DNA of 64,000 nucleotides from Octopus sinensis (taxonomy: Eukaryota): contig NC_043004.1 of assembly GCF_006345805.1 (NCBI RefSeq), forward strand, positions 10,974,001 through 11,038,000. The letters are read 5' to 3'. The position numbers and the translations under genes were made by a program. Below the pieces are notes generated by a model. That model saw only the letters and a list, made by a program, of their open reading frames with translations. It made no database searches and was not told the origin of the DNA. Positions 49,410 through 61,980 of the stretch are shown piece after piece; the first letter of the stretch is position 1; every line of letters begins with the position of its first letter.

Positions 49410-50696
49410 CTTCTAATAGATATATTGCTAGATCTTCAACTATGATACATTAGATTACTATCTTGTACAAGCGAAAATTCTTATGGGGAATTTTCTCAAG
49501 ATTTCCATGCTCATGTCTCTATCTTATGCTTTCTTTCAAAGTAGATGTTAAACAAACAGTATTTGAGTTACTTTTATGCATAAAATTTTCCAGATGCGCT
49601 GCTGGAAATCGATGCTGGCAAATAACCAAGACATATGTAAATCTGTGGGTGACAAGTTAAGTTTTGACTGTGTAATGCAACCCTAGACCGTGCTGTTGTA
49701 TTCAGCTCTGGTTATCTTATCTGAAATAACTTCAACTCATTGAATATTACGTTGTATTATTTGATGAGGAATTAGATTTGTTTTCTGAAACTATAGTCCT
49801 CTTTTTCTGTTTACAAAACAGCATTTATAAGTGGTTCTGTTCGCGATGATCCAAATTAATATTTCTTATAGCCACATACTATTAGCAATATATAGTGTCG
49901 GTATGAAATCGCTCACTGCGCTGGGAGACCAATCGATAAATCATACTCTAAACAAATCGAAACAGATGATAAATATAACCTATAGCGTCCAATCATTAGT
50001 CACCTGAGCGTTCCTACTGAGACAGTAAGCTGTTTCGTGCCTCAGACACAGCTTATATTTGATATAGGACTTATTAATTTCTAGTGGAAATTTGCGAGAA
50101 TTTGATGGGCCATCAGTATGTCGACAATGCCTTTGCATATGTAACGTTCTGATGAGAACCTCATAAACACAAATTTTGTTGGGGAGTTTGAAGTTCTTTT
50201 CTTTCAAGATTCGTTTCTGAAGTGGGAACCAAATACAACAGCAGTTTCTCAGTCTTAAATTGTTTTCAGAATCTAGCGATTCATCTCCGAAGACAAGGAA
50301 GCCAAATGTTCTGAAACTGGTCGAATGCTGACAGATATTTTGATCCAGAAATATCTAACTCCTTACATAAACCTTTTCTTCTAGTACAAACCGTCAATAA
50401 AAAACGGCTGCCGTTATAATTTCTATTAAACTTTCAGTAATATTTCTACTTTGGTTGGATATGGTTGCGGACCTTTCAGCTAAACAGAAAATTCTCTCGC
50501 ATACAGAAGTCGGGGAGATTCTTTAGTAGCTCAGTGTCTGCTTTCATTTCGGTAATTTATCTATCATGAATAAATGAATATGATCTCAGTATTCTGGTGA
50601 ATTTGAATATTGTAAATATGATATGGTGTACTCAGTGTTTTTCAGAGAAAAAATGTTGCCCGAGAGTGTTACGCAGGAAAAATTCGCGAACTAATT

Positions 50697-50878
50697 GGTT
50701 TCAAATTTTGACACGGGCCAGTAATTTCGACTCCAGTGTTTAACTGGTACTTATTTTATCGATTCCGAAAGGTTGAAAGGCAAAGTCGGCGGAATATGAA
50801 CTGAGAACGGGAAGACGGACGAAATGCTGTTAAAGATTTTGTCTTGTGCCCAAACGCTTCTGCCAGTTCGCCGCCTTA
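50697..50878 (-). mobile_element. SINE B variant, internally deleted
   Basis: GGTTTCAAATTTTGACAC..AACTGGTACTTATTTTATCG..GCCAGTTCGCCGCCTT. Confidence 0.8.
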
Positions 50879-51662
50879 ATGAAGAAATTTATTGCTTCCA
50901 TCAGCCTAGACTCGAAGCCGGGGAAGTATTCTATCACTGAACGGCTGACGTTTCGGATGAAATAGCGTATTAATTGAAAAGTGTTGTAGATACGCTCCGT
51001 TCATAACGTACAACTTCTCAATACTTCGCACTCGTTACACCATATACTCTTTGAATATCACATGGTATATAACTAAACATCAATATGCATTTCACTAACA
51101 GTGAATATTACAAATATTTCCTAATACAGCTAAAATCTCCCATATTTGTTACTGGTCAAGCAGCATCTGTTAAAATAATTATATTCTAGTAGATCTTGGA
51201 TAAATAGCATTTAAATAATAAAACCCGAAAATATGTAAAAGATTTTTTGTTTTAATGGAAGACGTAATAACAAAGTTTGAGGGAAGTTGGATTTTAAAAA
51301 ATGTAAAGAAAAACCTTCTTAAGCGATTAAGGGCTGAATAATTAATTAATTCATATTTATTTTCGTTTCTTTAGTATTTGAGTATTTCAAATAAATTACG
51401 TCTACAGATCTACTGTAGTATGTATTTTTGATATTGCAAAAGATAGCGTTACTTCACACATCATATGGCATCATCATCATCATCGCCTTTTTTATGCCCA
51501 TCATCGTTGTCATCGTCTTCCCCGGCTCCTTCTCCTCCTCCTCCTCATCATCATCATCATCCTCGTCGTCATTATCATCATCTTCATCGTTGTCCTCGTC
51601 ATCATAGTAACCTTCGTCCTCATTAGAACACACTTCGTCATTCATATCAACTTTTACATGGT

Positions 51663-51696
<34 letters not shown>

Positions 51697-51700
51697 ATTA

Positions 51701-51742
<42 letters not shown>

Positions 51743-52657
51743 GTGATTTTGGCAAATGCAGAAAGTTCCCTTTCTTGCATTAAATATAATAACCGATAAA
51801 TATCCTGGAAAACGTCTATAAAATATTGAAACTTAAGAAAGCAGCGTGCAAATTCTCTCACCTCATTTACGCATCAAAGTATATTATTTTTTACAACCTT
51901 ATGTAAAGAAGAATTTCTGATTACGTAAACTATTTTTTTTTGATTTTTTGCATGTTTTATGTCAGTCCTTATATGTAATCGATCAATGTCTCTACCGTTG
52001 TACTAGTATAAGAGAATGATGGATGGATTTCTGAAGTGCCCTAATACTTTAACGTCGACAGCCAGCTAGATGTGTTTTCTTATGCTTTCAACGCTCTTCT
52101 GTACATTAATAAATAACATACTGTCATTGCTACATCGGTTATTAGTCGACCATTGTGAATTTTTTCCGGGAATGTTACGTTAAGCGTTTAATGTGATGTT
52201 TGGTTTACGCTAAAGTTTCCTAATATTTCTGTATTTTCCTTTTCCAACAAATGAAGATACGCATAATTATTGGAAAAAAATATTTTCCTTAAGCGGCAAT
52301 AACTCAGAACGCTAGATACACGCTAGATTCTTAATGGGAATTTTCTAAAGCGCATGCGTAAAGCCAGCATACTTGCAGAAATTTGCCTCTATCAATATAT
52401 ATGAAAACAGTACGTTCTCGGGTCCCAGTTGCTGAAGCAATGTTCGTCTACCGCCGCTATATATCGAGATTTTAAAAATAGCACGTTAATAAGAGATATT
52501 ATCTCTGGACAAATAGCACAACAATTTTGCCTACCACGATGTATTTTCACTGTGTATGATACATAAATGGATATGTAAGTGTGTGTGCATGTATTTATAT
52601 ATGTAGATATGTACGTATATACACATATAAATTTGTGTGAGTGTATATATATATATA

Positions 52658-52704
<47 letters not shown>

Positions 52705-52854
52705 CAGCATATATATATATATATGTCACTACCTTCGTCATATTTATTTATCTAGCCATCTCTATGTGTGTGGGTCTGCATTTGTATAAACAAAGACTAA
52801 ATTTGGTATATATAACCGTAGCATATACATATATAATTACATACATACATACAC

Positions 52855-52895
<41 letters not shown>

Positions 52896-52924
52896 ACACA
52901 CACACACACACAACAGAAGCCTGA

Positions 52925-53340
52925 CGGTTCTGCAGATGGAGAGAGAAGAGGTCGATAGAAGAAGTACGGTGTTTTACAACAAAGTAGCTACTATTGGTTG
53001 ATTCGTTGGACTAAAATTTCTGAAGGCGGTGCCCCAGCATGGTCATAGTATACAGACTGGAACGAGTAAAATATAAAAGCCTTATGAGTGGATTTGGTAG
53101 ACGGAAACCGAAAGAAGCCCATCGCATATATATGTATATATGTTTGTGTGTTTGTCCCCCAACATCATTTGACAACCGATGCTGGTGTGTTTACGTCCGC
53201 GTAAATTAGCGGTTCGGCATAGAGACCGACTGAATAAGTACTTGGCTTACAAAGAATAAGTTCTATGGTCGATTTGTTCGACTAAAGGCGATACTCCAGC
53301 ATGGTCGCAGTCAAATGACTGACACAAATAAATAAAATAT
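52925..53340 (+). mobile_element. SINE A tail fragment followed by a 5'-truncated SINE A
   Basis: GGCGGTGCCCCAGCATGG at about 53025; AAAGCCTTATGAGTGGATTTGG through GTCAAATGACTG at 53076-53321. Confidence 0.85.
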
Positions 53341-53356
53341 ATATATACATCCAAAT

Positions 53357-53389
<33 letters not shown>

Positions 53390-53499
53390 CACTCACATAC
53401 ATCCATATATACATATAGTATCCAATGTCTGTGTCTACAATCAGTTTTTAGTGTAAGTCCGTGTGTCCTTCGCTGGGCTGTAAAGGTTCATTGGAGTAT

Positions 53500-53770
53500 A
53501 TATTATCATATTATCATTATTACTATTTCTCTCTATCACAAGCTTTGTTGAAGCTCCTGGAGTCGTACATGCGTAGCAGGTTTGCTATCTGTAGCCTACA
53601 GTACCATGCCATCTATTCTTTTCAGCTAATACTTTCCTGGTTATTCTAGCCATCCCAAGGAGGCAACCTTTTGTATCAGTGCTACTGGGCATTCTATTCC
53701 TATTTCCTTTATATTCCCCGTGATGCCTTCCGATACTGTTCCCAAGGACCTAACAATAACTGACACTACA
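53500..53770 (-). pseudogene. R4/Dong-like LINE 3' terminus with (TAA)-like tail
   Basis: VVSVIVRSLGTVSEGITGNIKEIGIECPVALIQK.CLLGMARITRKVL, matching the VVPxIVGALG..QKxxLLGTARIxRKVL pattern. Confidence 0.85.
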
Positions 53771-53880
53771 TTTCTCTATTTAAGAGATGAGGAATTATGT
53801 ACATTATTTACATTCGACGAATATTTATCCTCATCTTTGTTGTTAACACAACGTTTCGGCTGATATACCCTCCAACCGAT
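53767..53880 (-). mobile_element. 3' tip of the Penelope-derived unit with the 3' half of the hammerhead
   Basis: GGTTG-gagggtatat-CAGCC-GAAAC-GTT-GTGTT, homologous to 24110-24190. Confidence 0.85.
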
Positions 53881-54334
53881 GTATTGGCGGCGAGGTTGGC
53901 CCTCGACCAATTTTTCGACGCCACACAGGAAGGCTGCGTTATCAGAATTACGGCACGTTCACTAAAAGGGGGGGGGGGGAAATAGGGTTGTTCAAAGGGC
54001 CCAAGTAGTGGAGACAAAAAACGTGGCACCAAAGCCACCATTCGGTCTTTGATGGACCAAAACGAGCGCGTGGTTTTCAAACCGAAACAGATGTACGCGG
54101 CCTTCCAGCAGCACTTTGCGCGACTGTTTGGGACGAATTGTAGGGCAGGCAACGGGACAGACTTCGGTATGTAGCTGGACAGCCTGCCACAATTCTTGCC
54201 CAGCGAGGCCGAGTGCTGCTAAAGACTGATAACAACGTGGGAAGGACAAGAAGCTATGAAAAGCTGCACAAGAGGCAGATCACCGGGTTTGGATTGTCTG
54301 CCCTACGAGTTTTATAGTTCAATACCAGACTTGA
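53881..54334 (+). pseudogene. L1/Tx1-like ORF2 fragment (linker and start of RT)
   Basis: TIRSLMDQNERVVFKPKQMYAAFQQHFARLF..ITTWEGQEAMKSCTRGRSPGLDCLPYEFY, matching SPGxDGLPxEFY. Confidence 0.75.
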
Positions 54335-55345
54335 TACCGTATGTATGACCAATGGAGAGAAAGGATTCTTTCAACTCACGGAACAGAAATTATGTGATCA
54401 AGCCAGAGCAATAAGAAAAAAAATCTTTGGGTCACAGAAGTAGAGTTCGAAGCTATCAAAAGACGGGTATTGGAAAACAGCAGCAGAGGAATCGAGGAAA
54501 ATACAGATCCTACTGATAAAAGTAATCTCATAGCAGAAAACAGAGGTGAAATTTCAAATAAACCAAAGGAAAGGAACAGTGATAGATTGCTCGATGAGAG
54601 ACATATAGATAGTTTGGAAGAGGACAATTAAACTAATGGTGAAATGACAGGTGGGCAAAAGGCAATCTACAACAGAATAAAGGCACGGCTACAGGAGAAT
54701 GATAGTGACATTATTTGCAACCTTAAAAAGGTTTATCGCGAGAAATTAAATCAAGAAACGAAAAATGTGAATGAAATTCTGAAATACATCAGAACAAAAA
54801 AGATCACAGAAACAAATAATTTGATCAGGGCAGCAAGTATTGTTGCAGCAGAGAATGTGGGTGTTGATGTCAAGAAAAAGAAATATAATGGGAACGATAA
54901 AAGAAAAGATCCATGATGGAAAAGAAGAATTTAGACGGGGTCAGATATGCTCTCGAAGGACATTTCTGTGTTAGACCGAAAAGGGAAGGAGAAGTTTAAA
55001 AGCGAACAAAAATACAGGGCACTGAACAGGAAGTATGATAGTCAAAGAAAAGGCCTGAAAGTGGTAATGGAGGAGCTGAAACAGCGCCCCGTCGCAAAGG
55101 AAACAAAGACGGTAAGATACGACCACAGAATGAAGGGTTATCAGCAGAATAGGTTATTCAGAGTATATAGAAGAGATTGCACAAAGAAATAAATAGAGAG
55201 TGTACAGCAGAAAAGTTGATACCAGATAACATTGAAAGTCAAAGGTTTTGGAGTGAATTCTGGAGCAAAGACAAGGAGCACAAGAAGGATACTGAGTGGT
55301 TGCAACAACTGAAACAACATTAGTCTGTCCAAAACAGGCAGAACA
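54335..55345 (+). pseudogene. R4/Dong-like LINE N-terminal fragment
   Basis: LTEQKLCDQARAIRKK..ITETNNLIRAAS..P*WKRRI..EELKQR..RY..YQQNRLF..FWSEFWSK..HKKDTEWL. Confidence 0.85.
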
Positions 55346-55510
55346 AATTCGAATGACAGATATTAAACAGTCAAAAGGGAATGTAGTTTAATCGACCCTG
55401 TGACCGTATGATTTCGAAACGAACGTCTTATTCATACGATCACACAGCGGTTAAACACAGCCTCTTCACATCCATCTGTACTCACACACAAGCACGTCTA
55501 CTCACGCCAC

Positions 55511-55589
<79 letters not shown>

Positions 55590-55590
55590 T
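55511..55590. repeat. (GATA)n microsatellite
   Basis: Read directly. Confidence 0.95.
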
Positions 55591-55644
55591 ATTAGAAGCA
55601 TAAATACATATCATATATGATGGTGGCGCAACTTAAGAGAAATA

Positions 55645-55848
55645 ATGGTTTCAGATTTAAGGAAACGTCAGCAGTTTTTGAGGGGATGAGGAATTCGATT
55701 ACACTGTCCCTACTATATGAATGGTACTTATTTGACTGACCCCGAAAGGATGAATGATAAAGTCGACCACGGCAGAATTTGAACTTAGTATGCAAATTCT
55801 ATGTATTTTGACCTGTGCGCTAACGATTCAGCCAGCTCGACGACTTAC
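55645..55848 (-). mobile_element. Diverged SINE B variant
   Basis: GGTACTTATTT..ACCCGAAAGGATGAA..AAAGTCGACCACGGCAGAATTTGAAC. Confidence 0.75.
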
Positions 55849-56594
55849 CATGATGCAATATTACAGTATACATACGTACATACATACATACGTACACAAA
55901 TACGTAAATACATACATACACACACATATAACACACACACATACAGACATGCACATATGCTACCATGTGCTCCGTATCATTCAATAAGTAATACCTCTGG
56001 CAAGACATCCATCGTCAGAGTAAAGTCCTCGTCATAATCGCATCAATATAATCAAGTTTTCATACAATCCTGTCACCGCTTCAGAAATAAGCTATCCGTT
56101 CAACAAATTATTTTCATTAACCGCAAGATGGCGCTTCATCAAGATATGGTGAATTCAATTTGTGTCTCAGGTCTATCCAGGTGTATAAGCGCAGTGAATA
56201 TTCGTCCATAATCGAAATATTTCTATCTTACATAACCTTTCCTTGCTGTTCGGTGCTCGTATTTTTTATTATTTTTTTGCTTTTTTATTGTTGTGGTAGA
56301 CAATATGTTTCTGCACTTTGGTGGTTTCTTTCCTTTCTTTTTCTTCTTTCTTTTTTTTTCCCCCGTCAGACATATCGACTCCGTGACCAAGTAGGAATTA
56401 GATTAGATACATTGGAAGTTGTTTACGTAAGATTTTTGTTAATAGTCTAGTTTAATGGTGTGATTGTCAATAAGACGCCAATTACTTTATTAAGTCAAAA
56501 GAAAAAGAAAAAAAGAAAAGGTATGATTACGAAGATTTTTCGAGAATTAGTAGAATACAATGAGATCGATGTCGGGGAGGCTGCTGCAGCTGAT

Positions 56595-56653
56595 AATGGT
56601 GATGATGAGAATGATGACGACGACAACGACTACAACGATAATGATAGAAATAC

Positions 56654-56708
<55 letters not shown>

Positions 56709-56806
56709 GTTATTATTATTATTATTGTTATTATTATTATTAAGAAGAAGAAGAAAAAGAAGACAGAGAAAACAGACGAAGCATAAGAATTATGCGAAAA
56801 TATATC

Positions 56807-56838
<32 letters not shown>

Positions 56839-57206
56839 AGAAGAAGAGGAAGAAAAAGAAGTAGAATGGGAATAATTATTCAGAAGAAAAGAGTAGAGGA
56901 AAATACAAGAAGGAAACATAGATGAATAATAAGAAGTATGCAAAAACATAATAAAAATAATAATAATGATAATAATATTATGAAGATGATGATGATGACG
57001 ATGAGGAGGAGGAGGAGAATAATGACAATAGAGGAATAGTAGTAGCACTAGTGTTTGTAATAGACGAAGAAGAAGAAGAAGAAGAAGAAGAAGAAGAAGA
57101 AGAAGAGAAGAAGAAGAAGAAGAAGAAGAAGAATGAAGAAGAAGAAGAAGAAGAAGAAGAAGAAGAAGAAGAAGAAGAAGAAGAAGAAGAAGAAGAAGAA
57201 GAAGAA
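56595..57206. repeat. Compound (GAT)n/(ATT)n/(AAT)n/(GAA)n tract
   Basis: Read directly. Confidence 0.95.
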
Positions 57207-58131
57207 TATGTATTTTGGAAAGGAATGCCATGTCATATAGAGAGGCAAGAGAAAGACATAAATGAATAAAGATAATGCTAACAATACGAAATACAATACA
57301 AAAATGTGAAAGAATATGTAGAAAAGAAATATATAAGACAGAAAAAGAAGTAAATAGTTGAGATGTTGTAACGGAAATGTTTTACTGAGATTAGAACAAG
57401 ATGGCGTCGACATCTGTCAATTTGTGGGTTTATTCAGTGCAGATTTTCTAGTTAGTGAACCAAACTGAATCCGCACCCCGTTTTTGTCTTTCTTTTTTGT
57501 CTATTACGTATTATATTGTTTATTGTGTAGTTGTAAGGTAATCGTCTAACGCTTGTTTAATATTTATTTTTCTGTCTTAGAGCAATTAAAATAGAACTCG
57601 TATATCAATTGTGATAATTATTATATACACAAATGTATCTTACTTCCTACTCTTCTGCTAGACAAATGAGAAAGCTTTTGCATAATTGGACGATCTGCTC
57701 AAAATCGCAACAATCTTTCTATCAAATCACACCCTACCTTCTATAAAATATATAAGATGAATTCAATGAAGTATACTCGCTGAAAACTAAACCCCCGCTA
57801 TTCTTTCGTAAACATCGTATTCTGCTTATCTTCCATCGGAATATTCAACTTACTTGTCAGGAGTTACGAAATCCATGAGACTCAGGCATTCCATGGGGAC
57901 ATACGCCATATTTTCTTTTCCTATTCTACTGGGATCGTCTATTGGTTACATAACGACAACAATAATAGCAACAACATCCAACAGCTAAACTAGCACCGCC
58001 TTGATCTACTTGCTAATAAAAGAACCTGTGTAGCTTACCTTACATAAAACGTTTTAAGGCAACTCCTGTGATGTTTAAACAGAGAAAGGCTATACTAAAT
58101 AATAAAGACGTACACATGCAACAACATAATA

Positions 58132-58442
58132 GTGGGGGCACATGGTCAGGTGGTTGGAGCAGCGGACACGCGGTCGAGGGATCGCCGGTTCGAATATCAA
58201 CCCGGGCGATGTGTGTGTGTTTATGAGCGAAACACCTAAGCTCCACGCGGCTCCGGCAGAAGGTAATGGCGAACTTCTGCTGACTCTTTCGCTACAACTT
58301 TCTCTCAACCTTTCCTCCTGCATCTTGCAGCTCATCTGCGACGGACCGGCGTCCCGTCCAGGTGGGGAACCTATACGCCAAGAAAGCCGGGAAACTGGCC
58401 CATATGAGCCAGGCATGGCTTGAGAAGGAACAAACAAAAAAC
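58132..58442 (+). mobile_element. SINE family E head/core with V-domain-like tail
   Basis: TGGTCAGGTGG and GGTTCGAAT; tail CTGCGACGGACCGGCGTCCCGTCCAGG..TATACGCCA..ATGAGCC is shared with 26046-26135. Confidence 0.85.
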
Positions 58443-58844
58443 AAAATTAATAGATTCATGGCTGAAACGTTCTTCATTGTACATTCGCTCGACCAGAGCT
58501 GACCTCGAAATCTATAACGAAAAACGACAACGATTATCATTTGTTATTGCTTTTTATTCCATCGTCAAGCATGGTCCAGCAAACCCATGAAATAAAAGTA
58601 TATCAGCTATAACCAAACCGTCGGAATGTATCTGGTGCAATACAATAAAGTATTGTTCTCCTTTTTAAGACGGTTGGGTATGATTTGCGGAGAAACTTGA
58701 CTGTTAGTTATAATAACTCAAATTATCAGTCATAGGGTCCTACATTTCATTGAGACTACGTATGCTTATTTGAATAGCGTTAATTGTGTTTTATTTAATT
58801 GCACCAATTGCTTTTATTATGATTGTTGTTTTTTTTCCTGCTCT

Positions 58845-58929
58845 TGTGTCTTCCATTATAGCCTCGGGCCGACCAAAGCCTTGTGAGTGGATTTGGTAGA
58901 CGTATATATGTATATATATATATATATGT

Positions 58930-58981
<52 letters not shown>

Positions 58982-59187
58982 TTGTGTGTCTGTGTTTGTC
59001 TCCCACCATCACTTGACAACCGATGCTGGTATGTTTACGTCCCCGTAACTTAGCGGTTCGGCATAAGAGACCGATAGAATAAGTACTAGGCTTAAACAAG
59101 AATAAGTGCTGGGGTCGATTTGCTCGACTAAAGGCGGTGCTCCAGCATGGCCACAGGCAAATGACTGAAACAAGTAAAAGAGTAAAT
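58845..59187 (+). mobile_element. 5'-truncated SINE family A
   Basis: Body and tail match 249-650. Confidence 0.9.
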
Positions 59188-59479
59188 GATTATGCTACTG
59201 GAGCTATATGTGTACTTATATTAATAATCTGTGTTGTAGCGAAAGAAATTTCTGAGATATTGTTTTTTTCTTATGTTTCTATAATACTCTTCTTTCTCTT
59301 ACATTAAGTAGAAGTCTATATATATATGAATGTCAGTGTATGCATGATGGTACCCGCATGTGGTTTTTATAGTATCTGCTTCACTATATGTGAAACGTCT
59401 TTGTCAATTACTAGCTTAAAAGCTGCACTCCGTGCGTACTTTTACGATACCTCTTACGGAGGTCCAAAACTAAAGGGAG

Positions 59480-61010
59480 ATAAATAGCATGACTATAATA
59501 CGTCTATAACCACTATATGCTCCGCTGGTGTTTGATCAGAGGTTATGGACGGATCAAAATTAATTCTGTAATGCAATCATTCTATCGTTCCAGTCCCAAG
59601 TTGAATCCCAACTGTTAGCCAATGTGTCTCAAAGTTGTTATCTCGATGTAAAATTAGTGAAGCCAATGTCATTTATCTCCGCCCTAAAATCTCTGGCGTC
59701 ATCTGACAAACGCCAACAAAATAGTAACACAATGCTTTTATAAATCATATCCCAATGCTGGATGTTGAAGAACCAAACGAAGGGCAGATTCTTAATCCCG
59801 GGATCATTCTGATTCTAAAAAGGTATAATATGTCTATGTAGAGGAAATGTAGACGGAGATACAGGGTTTCTGGATAAACAGGATTTGGCATTTATTATTA
59901 TAGATGAACTGATTTTTTGGAGTTGACAGCGTTTATTTGACATTCGTTTCATTGGTTTTCTTTTACCTATAAAATGTTTTCGTTGATGAAGATATTGGTT
60001 CCTCCGTCAAAAATTTGTTTGGATGTTTCCAGCATTTTATTATGGAACAGCATGTTCTGCAGGTACTGAATAACCGTTTCAGTTGCGATTCTTTCTTCAC
60101 TTCTGCTATTACGGTTTCTAATGGAATACACGTCACATGGGTAAAAATTAGCAGCAATATGTCCCGCAAAATACACGTTGCCATCTTGTATCGGCAGAGG
60201 CTACAATATAAACAAAGGAAAGCGTTGTGGCCTTTAGTCAGTCAACAGATTTAACAGAACTGGAGTTTTCGAAATACGATTGCACGACGCTGTTAGTTTT
60301 GAATGTGAAGTATTGTCAGGTACTGAAAACGCTCTATATGAACAATGAATTCAATTGTAAAATGGTCCACGCATCATGTCAAGGAAGGACATAATTCATC
60401 GATGACTTGGGATTCACTTTTCAGATCAATGAAAACTCATTATGCAGCATCCTCAAGGGTTTATTGGCATTATAGAGTTCCTATGGTGTACTACCTGCTC
60501 GTAATCATATGTGCAGAGACTACAGTTTGATTATCAAGACATAACTGAAATATATCTGAGGCATACAAAAGTACGCCGCCCAATTCGTTTCCACTTGTAT
60601 CATATCAGATCAGGGACCAATGTAGAAGTTTTGCTCTTTTATAAAGAATCACCGATCGTTGAACAGTGAAGAAATCTCAGGATCTTAGTTCTTGGGGATT
60701 TAACATTTTATCCTTCACCCACCAAAATATTCTGCCTCCTTAGACAATGAAATGAAGTTGTTCTGTCTGTTAGAAATATAAGTCAGACCTATTATCAAAG
60801 GCATTTCACTTGTGAACATTTTGTCTGTTTCCTAACATAGTACCTAGCATTTTAGCCTGGCCTACCAACGGAAGTGATGCTCAGCTTGCTTGAAACCTCA
60901 ATCACGCCTATCCCATATGCTCTTTCAACATAGACACCAGAGAGATGAAGATTACTGTCTCGGATATTCCAAAGGATGGTGGCTGATCAATCATTATGAA
61001 TAGGCTCAGT
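59480..61010 (-). pseudogene. Probable highly degenerate Ty3/Gypsy pol relic
   Basis: Ordered minus-strand scraps: SFGISE (LPFG), EAEYFG, QELRS, DNQTVVSA..YTIG (RNase H), HIAANF, VIQYLQN, PGIKN..FVWF..CQ (integrase zinc finger), HIVVID. Confidence 0.45.
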
Positions 61011-61480
61011 TGTCAGTCAGGCCGACCCTTTTGTAAAAACAGATGTTTTACATAAACTCAAGTCAATAATTGTAATATACATTTTTTTCTGCATTTCTTT
61101 GGACATTATATTATTGCACAGGATAAATAATGAAATAAAAATATTTCTCTGATATGCTGTTATCGTATAGAATACAAACACAGGATGTTATGGAGATAAA
61201 AAAGAAAACAACTAACTAATAACTGAATTGGTGGAAGAAAAAAATAAAGAGAAATGCATTTGTTTACTCATTTCAGATAGTTAACTGCTTTGCCAGAAAT
61301 AGCTGGTCTGGTAAAATATACTTCAGACTACAACATACTATAATTACAAAGGAATGGATACATTACATGTGTAACTCTAGATATACTATGCCGAAACAAA
61401 GGGAGAAACGATTGGAGTTTGAATGCCATTGTTTGCAGGACTGCTCGCTCGAGACTGACCTAAGGTTAAACGAAAATGTA

Positions 61481-61980
61481 GTTAAATCTTCCCCAAATAT
61501 TGGTCTCAAACTTTGGAACAAGGACAGCAATTTCGGGGTGAAGGGTATGTCTATCATATTGATCTCAGTGTTCAACTGGTACTTATTTCATCGACCCCCA
61601 TCCGGAAGTATGAAAGGCAAAGTCGATCTTTGTAGAATGTGAACTAAACACGTAAAGCCGGATGAAATACGGCTATGTATTTTGTCCAGAGTGCTAACGG
61701 CTCTTTCAGCTCGCCGAGTTAAATCTTTCACAAATATCGGTTATAAATTTTGGGACAAGGCCAGGAATTTCGTGAGGTGGGGTGCGGAGAAGTAGAATGC
61801 GTCGTTTCCAGTGCTCAGCTGGTACTTATTTTATCGGATCTGAAGAATGAAGAAGAAAAAGCAACGTCGACCTCAGCGGAATTTGAACTAAGAACCTAAA
61901 GCCGGACGAAATACGGCTGTGCGTTTTGCCAGCGTGCTAATGATTCTTTCAGCTCGCCGAGTTAAATCTTCCACAAATAT
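61481..61980 (-). mobile_element. Two SINE B variants separated and flanked by three copies of a 20-bp target repeat
   Basis: GTTAAATCTT(C/T)(C/A)..AAATAT-type repeat at 61481, 61718 and 61961. Confidence 0.85.

Noticed and set aside
50145-50200. CTGATGAGAAC..GTTTGAAG as a hammerhead
   Set aside because: It resembles the 3259 motif but lacks GAAA, helix III and stem I; at most a remnant.
61278-61311. Possible 34-nt exon between TTTCAG and GTAAAA (similar acceptors near 12880, 13757, 18978)
   Set aside because: No recognisable protein or consistent exon chain; needs transcript evidence.
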